This document shows positions 57,850 to 64,000 of a stretch of 64,000 nt of DNA, one piece after another; position 1 is the first letter of the stretch; every line of letters begins with the position of its first letter. The translations under genes and the position numbers were made by a program. The DNA is from a bacterium. GTDB lineage: Bacteria > Patescibacteriota > Minisyncoccia > UBA6257 > JAGOQP01. The notes beneath the pieces were generated by a model. That model was not told where the DNA came from and searched no databases. It saw only the letters and a list, made by a program, of their open reading frames with translations. The stretch spans positions 20,692-84,691 of the forward strand of contig JAKAHY010000003.1 of assembly GCA_021814695.1 (NCBI GenBank), written 5' to 3'.

Positions 57850-58407
57850 ATGAAAATAGGATTCGATTTGGACGGAGTAATAATAGACCATACCGACAGC
57901 AAACTGATTCTCGCCAAAAGGCTGGGTTATGATTTGACGCCACAACAAACCGCTTCCGACGAAATTCAAAAAATAATTCCTTCCGAAATCCTTTCCAATA
58001 TTAGAAGTGCCATTTATGACGATGCCGATATAGCGATGTTGGCAAACTTAATGACGGGAGCGGTTGAATCTTTGGATAGCCTAAAAAAATCTTTTGTGCC
58101 GATATTTCTGGTATCTCGAAGGCATAATCCAAATGTACCCATAGATTTTATGAAAGCCAAAGGATTGTGGCCGGAATACTTTAACGCAGAAAACTCCTTT
58201 TTTGTGGCGACGGTTGCGGAAAAAAATTCAAAAGCAAAAGAAATCGGAGTAACCCATTTTTTGGACGACGAAATGAATGTCATAGAAGTTTTGAAAGATG
58301 TTCCGAACAGATTTTATTTTGACAGATTCAATTTATGCGGAGACGGCGACGGATACACCAGAGTTGTTTCCTGGGAAGATTTTTTGAAAAAAGTTTATGG
58401 TTACTAA
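57850..58407 (+). CDS. HAD-superfamily hydrolase (5'(3')-nucleotidase-like)
   Basis: Motif I FDLDGVI. C-terminal FLDDE. Confidence 0.65.
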   Translation: MKIGFDLDGVIIDHTDSKLILAKRLGYDLTPQQTASDEIQKIIPSEILSNIRSAIYDDADIAMLANLMTGAVESLDSLKKSFVPIFLVSRRHNPNVPIDFMKAKGLWPEYFNAENSFFVATVAEKNSKAKEIGVTHFLDDEMNVIEVLKDVPNRFYFDRFNLCGDGDGYTRVVSWEDFLKKVYGY

Positions 58408-58663
58408 TTTTAGGACAAGAGTTTTTGATATAGTCTCCAAAATAAAAAAGGGCCAAACTTTGTCGTACAAAAGCGTTGCGGAAATGGCGGGAAGCCCTAA
58501 GGCTTATCGGGCCGTAGGGAATATACTCCATAGCAATCACAATCCGAAAATTCCGTGCCACAGGGTAATTTGCTCGAATGGAGATATCGGAGGATATAAC
58601 AGAGGAACAAAAAGAAAGGCGATAATGCTTAAAAAAGAAGGGACTACAAAATTTAAACAATAA
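58397..58663 (+). CDS. Methylated-DNA-protein-cysteine methyltransferase DNA-binding/active-site domain protein (MGMT C-domain only, 88 aa)
   Basis: PCHRVI active-site motif, plus FRTRVFD … AYRAVGNILHSN. Confidence 0.8.
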   Translation: MVTNFRTRVFDIVSKIKKGQTLSYKSVAEMAGSPKAYRAVGNILHSNHNPKIPCHRVICSNGDIGGYNRGTKRKAIMLKKEGTTKFKQ

Positions 58664-58690
58664 ATTAATTAATCTCCAATTATCCGAAAT

Positions 58691-59851
58691 ATGCACATAT
58701 TGAATTTTTTGAGGCGTTATAGGGATAAATTTGACGATCCCGCAAGGCACCTTTTACGGATAGAAATAAATTCAAAATATCTTAAGGATAATATCGCCAG
58801 ATTTAAAACGCTTTATCCTCACCATCATTTGGCGGCGGTGCTTAAGAGTAATGCCTATGGCCACGGCCTTAAGGAAGTCGGCAGGTTTTTGGATAGGCAA
58901 AAAGAGGTGGAATGTTTTGTCGTGGACAGCATTATAGAAGCGCAAACTTTACGCGATGTGGGAACGCACAAACCGATAATTGTTTTGGGGTATGTCCCCA
59001 GAGTAGCGCTAAAATCGCTTAAAAAAATAAAACAAGTTATATTTGTCGTTAATTCCGTGGAGCAGGCGGAATTGATGCAGGCGACGATAAATTTCAGGCT
59101 GGAGGTGCATCTTAAAGTCGATACCGGAATGAACCGCCAGGGGATAGCCCTTAGCGAACTGACTCACGTAATAGACGTGCTTAAATCCAATAAAAAAATT
59201 ACCATTGCGGGCATGATGTCTCATTTAGCCGATGCCGACGGCCCTACGGGTCTGGCCACTCAGGAGCAAATAGGAAAATGGAAAATAGCTTTACAAAACT
59301 ACAAGAGAGCGATACCGGAGAGCCGGAATCATATTTTTCATTTTGCGGCAACTGCCGGGGCCAGATATCTTTCTACGGCCGAAAGTAATCTTGTTCGTGC
59401 CGGAATCGGGCTTTACGGTTTTGATACGACTCAGGATAAGCAGCTCAAGGTAAGGCCGGTGCTTTCGTTTTGGTCAAAAATAGTAAATCTTAAAGAAATA
59501 AAAGCGGGGGAAAAAATCGGATACAACTTTACTTTTACGGCGCCTAAAGATATGAAAATTGCCGTTCTTCCCTGCGGTTACTATGAGGGAATTCCCAGGG
59601 CGTTGAGCAATAACGGATTTTTCTATTACAAGGGAACGCCCCTAAAAATTTTGGGGAGAATAAGTATGAATTTAACCGTAGTGGATGTTACCGATGTGAG
59701 CGAACCGCTTCACCTTGAAGACGAGGTGGAAATATATTCGGCAAATCCGGAGCAACCGAATTCTGTGGAGAATATCGCAAAACTTTGTGATACGATTCCT
59801 TACGAAATTTTAGTCCGATTGGCGCCTACGATAAGAAGGGTGATCAAATAA
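58691..59851 (+). CDS. alr: Alanine racemase
   Basis: PLP-lysine motif AVLKSNAYGHG. Length 386 aa. C-terminal beta domain. Confidence 0.85.
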   Translation: MHILNFLRRYRDKFDDPARHLLRIEINSKYLKDNIARFKTLYPHHHLAAVLKSNAYGHGLKEVGRFLDRQKEVECFVVDSIIEAQTLRDVGTHKPIIVLGYVPRVALKSLKKIKQVIFVVNSVEQAELMQATINFRLEVHLKVDTGMNRQGIALSELTHVIDVLKSNKKITIAGMMSHLADADGPTGLATQEQIGKWKIALQNYKRAIPESRNHIFHFAATAGARYLSTAESNLVRAGIGLYGFDTTQDKQLKVRPVLSFWSKIVNLKEIKAGEKIGYNFTFTAPKDMKIAVLPCGYYEGIPRALSNNGFFYYKGTPLKILGRISMNLTVVDVTDVSEPLHLEDEVEIYSANPEQPNSVENIAKLCDTIPYEILVRLAPTIRRVIK

Positions 59852-59927
59852 TCATAAATAATAGTACGGCTATCCTTTGTACCGATTTGCGTTTATACTG
59901 CGTACAACATATTAAATAGATGTATTT

Positions 59928-61652
59928 ATGTCCGATCCCATACAGGAAATAAAAGATAAATTGGATATTGCCGATGTTATCAGGGAATATATTCCCTTAA
60001 TGCCGGCAGGAAAAAATTTGAGAGCCGTGTGTCCGTTTCATAAAGAGAGGACGCCGTCTTTTATAGTTTCTCCCGACAGACAGACATGGCATTGTTTCGG
60101 GTCCTGTAACGAAGGAGGGGATGTTATCAGTTTTGTGATGAAGTATGAGCACGTAGAATTTTATGAGGCTCTGCAAATGCTTGCCCAAAAAGCGGGAATA
60201 GAACTTCGAAGAATAAGCCCGTCCAGCCAAAAAGAATTCGGAATTCTTTACGACATAAATTCCGCCGCAAAAGATTATTTTGTCCAGCAAAGAAACGATG
60301 AACAAGCGGCAAAATACATTTCTTCCAGAGGACTTAAAAACGAAACGCTTGATGATTTTGAAATCGGATACGCGCCCCAAAGCATTGATGGTCTGATAAT
60401 CAATCTTGTAAACGCCGGATATGATGTTGCCGATGTTGAACGTGCGGGACTCGCTTTCAAAACCGAAAGGAAAACTTATATGGACAGATTCCGCGGGAGG
60501 ATTATGTTTCCGATTTACAATACTTTCGGTAAGGTAGTCGGATTTTCAGGACGCATCCTGCCGGAGCTGGATACGGGCGAAATGGGGAAATATGTCAATT
60601 CTCCCGAAACTCCTATTTTCAATAAATCCAGGATTCTTTACGGGCTTCACAGAACAAAACAGAATATCCGGGAAGAAAAAACAGCTTTTCTGGTTGAGGG
60701 CCAGATGGATTTTTTGATGCTTTATCAGGACGGGGTAAAAAATTGCGTTGCGACATCGGGAACTGCTCTTACGCAGCATCATCTGGAAGTGCTTAAAAAG
60801 ATTGCCGAAAAAATTATAGTCGCCTTTGACAGCGATGACGCCGGAATGATAGCCGCGGAACGTGCCATAGATATGGCTCACGCAATAGATTTAAACGTCG
60901 GGGTGTTTCTCTTAAACGACGCCAAGGACGCCGCCGAATACATCCAAAAAAATCCGGGCAAGATAAAACATCTTATAGATTCCGGCTCAATGAGCGCTTT
61001 AGATTTCTATTTCAAGCGGTATATTGATAATTCTGCCGAAGGGGATATGAAAAATAAAACCAGGCATGTTTTGGAAAAAATTCTCCATATTTACAGCCCT
61101 ATGGAACAGAGCCGATGGATAAAAAAAATTGCAGAAAAAATAGGACTTCCCGAATCATCTTTATCCGATGAGCTTAGACTGCTCAAATCCAAGCACCCTC
61201 CAAAAGCGTCTTCGGATACTGGCCAGGCATTAAAAAATGCCGATGAGCCGCCGCTTAAGACCAGAGCCGATAAAGTAGCAATGGAGATAATTTTAATGTC
61301 TCTTTTGGACGAAAGTGAATTACCCAAACTCGAAGACTTTAAGGCATTTTTCCCGGAACGATTTTGTAAGGTTATAGATTTTTTGCAGGGCGTTCAGGTG
61401 GATGATGAGGAAGCAAAAGCATTGGCTCGATTTGCAGAACTGAAATCATCATTGCGTTATGGAGATTTTGATATGGAAAAAGTGCCTTTTGAAATAAACG
61501 TGCTTCTTAAGGAGTTAAAAAAAGAATTTTATAAGGAAAGAAAGGACGTTCTTATGGAGCAGATAAAGAAAGCGGAAAAAGACGGAGATGAAACCAGATC
61601 CTCACAGTTATTGCGGGAATTTGACGAATTGGCAAAATTAGTGAATAATTAG
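59928..61652 (+). CDS. dnaG: DNA primase
   Basis: CHC2 zinc finger CPFHKERTPSF…HCFGSC, TOPRIM (EGQMDFL), DnaB-interaction C-terminus. Confidence 0.93.
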   Translation: MSDPIQEIKDKLDIADVIREYIPLMPAGKNLRAVCPFHKERTPSFIVSPDRQTWHCFGSCNEGGDVISFVMKYEHVEFYEALQMLAQKAGIELRRISPSSQKEFGILYDINSAAKDYFVQQRNDEQAAKYISSRGLKNETLDDFEIGYAPQSIDGLIINLVNAGYDVADVERAGLAFKTERKTYMDRFRGRIMFPIYNTFGKVVGFSGRILPELDTGEMGKYVNSPETPIFNKSRILYGLHRTKQNIREEKTAFLVEGQMDFLMLYQDGVKNCVATSGTALTQHHLEVLKKIAEKIIVAFDSDDAGMIAAERAIDMAHAIDLNVGVFLLNDAKDAAEYIQKNPGKIKHLIDSGSMSALDFYFKRYIDNSAEGDMKNKTRHVLEKILHIYSPMEQSRWIKKIAEKIGLPESSLSDELRLLKSKHPPKASSDTGQALKNADEPPLKTRADKVAMEIILMSLLDESELPKLEDFKAFFPERFCKVIDFLQGVQVDDEEAKALARFAELKSSLRYGDFDMEKVPFEINVLLKELKKEFYKERKDVLMEQIKKAEKDGDETRSSQLLREFDELAKLVNN

Positions 61653-61680
61653 GGTAATTATAGCCATTTAACCAAAGCCT

Positions 61681-62916
61681 ATGGCAAAAAAACCATCTTC
61701 AAAAAAGAAGGCGAATAAAAAGTCGCCAAAGCGTTCTGTTAAACACGTAAAGAAGTCGGTTAAAATTTCCAAAAAAGTCCACAAGAAAGCAGTCAAGAAG
61801 ACAAAGGGGGCAAAGAAGACATCAAAACAATCAAAGAAAAAAACTGTTTTTGATGAAAATCTTATTAACGAACTTGTCACCCGCGGAAAAGGAAGGGGAT
61901 TTGTTACCGACACCGAAATTTTGACTATCTTCCCGAACATCGAAAACGATGTTGATTTTCTGGAGCAAATATATTCCCAGCTCGAACAGCACAATATAAA
62001 AGTTATTGAAGTCAGCCAGTTAATAGATACGCCCGAGACGGCCAAGCCGGTATCGCCCAAAGAAATAAGTTCTTTGGAAGCAACCGAACTTCCCGATGCC
62101 GTTCAGTTATATCTTAAAACTATCGGAAGAACAGCTCTCTTAACGGGACAGGAAGAAAAGGATTTAGCCAAGCGTTCAGAACGGGGAGACGAAGAGGCCC
62201 GCCACAGACTGATTCAGGCAAACTTGCGTCTGGTGGTTTCCATTGCTAAGCACTACGTAAATCGAAGCACAAATCTTGGAATTTTGGATTTGATTCAGGA
62301 GGGAAATATTGGACTTTCTAGAGCGGTTGATAAATTCGATTACCGGAAAGGATTCAAATTTTCAACTTACGCTACTTGGTGGATTCGCCAGGCGATTACC
62401 CGCGCGTTAGCCGATCAGTCGCGCACCATCCGCATTCCGGTGCATATGGTGGAAACGATTTCAAAATATACTCAAATCAGAAGGCGTCTGGCACAGGAAT
62501 TGGGAAGAGAGCCGCTGGCTGAAGAAATTGCTATAGAAATGGGAATCTCGGTGGATAAAATCCGCCATATTCAGGAAATTTCACAGGAAGTTTTATCGCT
62601 TGAATCTCCCGTTGGAGAAGATGAGGACAACTCCACTCTGGCCGAATTCATAAAAGACGAAAAAGGATTGGCTCCCGACCAGGTTACTGCCCATTCGTTG
62701 CTTAAAGAAAAAATAGAAGAAATTATGAATGATTTGGCGCCCCGCGAAAGGGAAATTATCGGAATGCGTTTCGGACTTGAAGACGGAGTGACACACACTC
62801 TTGAAGAAGTCGGACAGAAGTTCGGAGTTACCCGCGAGCGTATCAGGCAGATTGAAGCCAAGGCGCTTGAGAAAATGCGTGAGCACGAAAAATCAAAAGC
62901 GTTGGAGGAATATTAA
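61681..62916 (+). CDS. rpoD: RNA polymerase primary sigma factor with a Lys-rich N-terminal extension
   Basis: Region 2.4 ([27 protein letters not shown]) and region 4.2 ([24 protein letters not shown]). dnaG-rpoD operon order. Confidence 0.95.
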   Translation: MAKKPSSKKKANKKSPKRSVKHVKKSVKISKKVHKKAVKKTKGAKKTSKQSKKKTVFDENLINELVTRGKGRGFVTDTEILTIFPNIENDVDFLEQIYSQLEQHNIKVIEVSQLIDTPETAKPVSPKEISSLEATELPDAVQLYLKTIGRTALLTGQEEKDLAKRSERGDEEARHRLIQANLRLVVSIAKHYVNRSTNLGILDLIQEGNIGLSRAVDKFDYRKGFKFSTYATWWIRQAITRALADQSRTIRIPVHMVETISKYTQIRRRLAQELGREPLAEEIAIEMGISVDKIRHIQEISQEVLSLESPVGEDEDNSTLAEFIKDEKGLAPDQVTAHSLLKEKIEEIMNDLAPREREIIGMRFGLEDGVTHTLEEVGQKFGVTRERIRQIEAKALEKMREHEKSKALEEY

Positions 62917-63059
62917 AAAGAGGGTATAGGGGTTAGGGTAAGGGGCAAAGTATATAAAAAAATAAAACCAAAGGCCGTCTCATCCGAGGCGGTTTTTGGC
63001 TGTTTGACAAAATATGCGGAGGGGGGGGATAATTAAAGTAATAATTAACAAATAAAAGT

Positions 63060-63494
63060 ATGAGGTTTGAACAATATAAACCAAGCCAAGAAGAAATAAA
63101 GAAAGCTGAGAAAGCAATGACTATCAATCAAGATTTGGCGTCACTTCTAAGGCATAACAAAAAAGAATTTGAAGAACATGTTCAAGAATGGAAGGTTACA
63201 AGAAATGAGAATGGGAGCACTGATGTGAGTGGTATTATTGATGGAACTAAAATACAACTTCACGGGGAGCGATATAAAGGAGGTAATACTATTGGAACTT
63301 ATTGGTCTGGAAAAGTAGGTGTGGGTGGAAGAATGGTAGAGATATCAGAAAATGATGCTATGCATCTATTTGATAAATATAATACAAATAGCGAGGCCGC
63401 TGAAGAACTTCCCGAATATGAAGCTAAAGCCAAAAAGGATATTGAAGAAATGAAATCTGCTAATGAAATTGTAGATAAATTATTGGGCAGATAA
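63060..63494 (+). CDS. Hypothetical protein (144 aa)
   Basis: ORF followed by terminator AAAACCGCCTGTTATGGGCGGTTTT. Confidence 0.45.
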   Translation: MRFEQYKPSQEEIKKAEKAMTINQDLASLLRHNKKEFEEHVQEWKVTRNENGSTDVSGIIDGTKIQLHGERYKGGNTIGTYWSGKVGVGGRMVEISENDAMHLFDKYNTNSEAAEELPEYEAKAKKDIEEMKSANEIVDKLLGR

Positions 63495-63598
63495 CTATTT
63501 AGAATTATCTTTCAATAAAACAAAAAACCGCCTGTTATGGGCGGTTTTGATTTTTGCGTCATAAAAGTATAGAATTCATCTATACTTTTTCGTTTACG

Positions 63599-64000
63599 AT
63601 GTTTTTAGAACTGAGAAAAAAATTTTTTGAATTCTGGAAAGAAAGAGGTCATGCGGTTGTAAAATCGTCGTCTTTGGTGCCCGACGATCCGTCGGTGCTT
63701 TTGACGACAGCAGGGATGCAGCAGTTCAAAAGATATTACACGGGCGAACTTAATGCTCAATCGGATTTCGGTTCGTCCCGCACTACCTCAATCCAAAAAT
63801 GTTTTCGGACTTCCGATATAGAAGAAGTGGGCGACGATACTCACCTGACGTTTTTTGAGATGTTGGGGAATTTTTCATTTGGTCCGGTAAAAAGCGACGA
63901 TCCCAAGGACACAAATGGGAATGGTGGGTATTTCAAAAAAGCGGCTATTGTTTGGGCGTATGAATTTTTGACCAATATTCTGGAAATAGCTCCCGAAAGA
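63599..64000 (+). CDS. alaS: Alanine-tRNA ligase, N-terminal part (continues beyond the window)
   Basis: [11 protein letters not shown] motif and class-II aaRS N-terminus. Confidence 0.85.
   Translation, partial: MFLELRKKFFEFWKERGHAVVKSSSLVPDDPSVLLTTAGMQQFKRYYTGELNAQSDFGSSRTTSIQKCFRTSDIEEVGDDTHLTFFEMLGNFSFGPVKSDDPKDTNGNGGYFKKAAIVWAYEFLTNILEIAPER

Noticed and set aside
1-64000. Alternative genetic code (UGA read as Gly or Trp), as in some CPR lineages
   Set aside because: Long housekeeping ORFs are uninterrupted, and TGA is used as a terminator in several well-supported genes (for example 22742..23113 and 37971..38672). The single in-frame TGA at 38954 is therefore an exception, not a code signal.
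1-64000. CRISPR arrays, rRNA genes, transposases or integrases
   Set aside because: No regularly spaced direct repeats with unique spacers, no rRNA-like sequence, and no DDE/tyrosine/serine recombinase ORF were found. The repeats present are hairpin elements and tRNA fragments.

Overview
The window is an AT-rich (about 40% GC) bacterial chromosomal segment whose gene content is typical of a reduced, CPR/Patescibacteria-like genome. It uses the standard genetic code: TGA terminates several solid genes and the long ORFs are intact.

Housekeeping content includes uvrA (3' part), groES-groEL, lemA plus a small membrane protein plus htpX, tRNA-Ser(GGA), a short metK, mscL, alr, dnaG-rpoD and the alaS 5' end. 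Other recognisable genes are:
- two paralogous MacAB-like tripartite efflux systems (HlyD-family adaptor, ABC ATPase, FtsX-type permease), one next to an ECF sigma factor and DUF5666-type secreted proteins;
- two RmuC paralogs and two YjjX-type ITPase paralogs;
- a PcsB-like coiled-coil peptidase, a metzincin, rhodanese, cupin, DoxX, TspO, DUF488, an NitT/TauT-type ABC importer pair, a HAD hydrolase and an MGMT-domain protein.

The hunt found the following.
- A defence-island-like cluster at 26.2-37.7 kb. It carries an MmeI-like Type IIG restriction-modification fusion, an SMC/OLD-like ABC ATPase with a degenerate Walker A motif and a roughly 390-aa helical insert, a second rmuC, a convergent UvrD-helicase / RecB-type PD-(D/E)XK nuclease fusion, a small YraN-like PD-(D/E)XK protein and an NDT/Rcl-fold protein. 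This may be an undescribed ATPase-nuclease-helicase immunity module.
- Two GC-rich islands bounded by consensus sigma70 promoters and intrinsic terminators, with no plausible sense ORF. These are candidate structured ncRNAs of about 770 nt (50.2-51.0 kb) and about 330 nt (46.8-47.1 kb). Their identities are unresolved.
- A 1.9-kb region at 22.7-24.9 kb that is otherwise non-coding. It holds several tiny, strongly signalled genes: a 49-aa acidic CC-motif peptide translationally coupled to a CxxC protein, a 107-aa and a 27-aa high-GC gene. A repeat family of about 200 nt that begins with a hairpin brackets them, and a third copy abuts the promoter of the 770-nt RNA.
- A tRNA-Ser locus with duplicated tRNA 5' and 3' fragments and a perfect 30-nt palindrome.
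- Two further Cys-rich mini-ORFs, one at 20.7 kb and a leaderless 55-aa ORF at 55.8 kb.
- A gene with an in-frame TGA, a T6 homopolymer frameshift, and a promoter-hairpin-terminator leader in front of one ITPase paralog.
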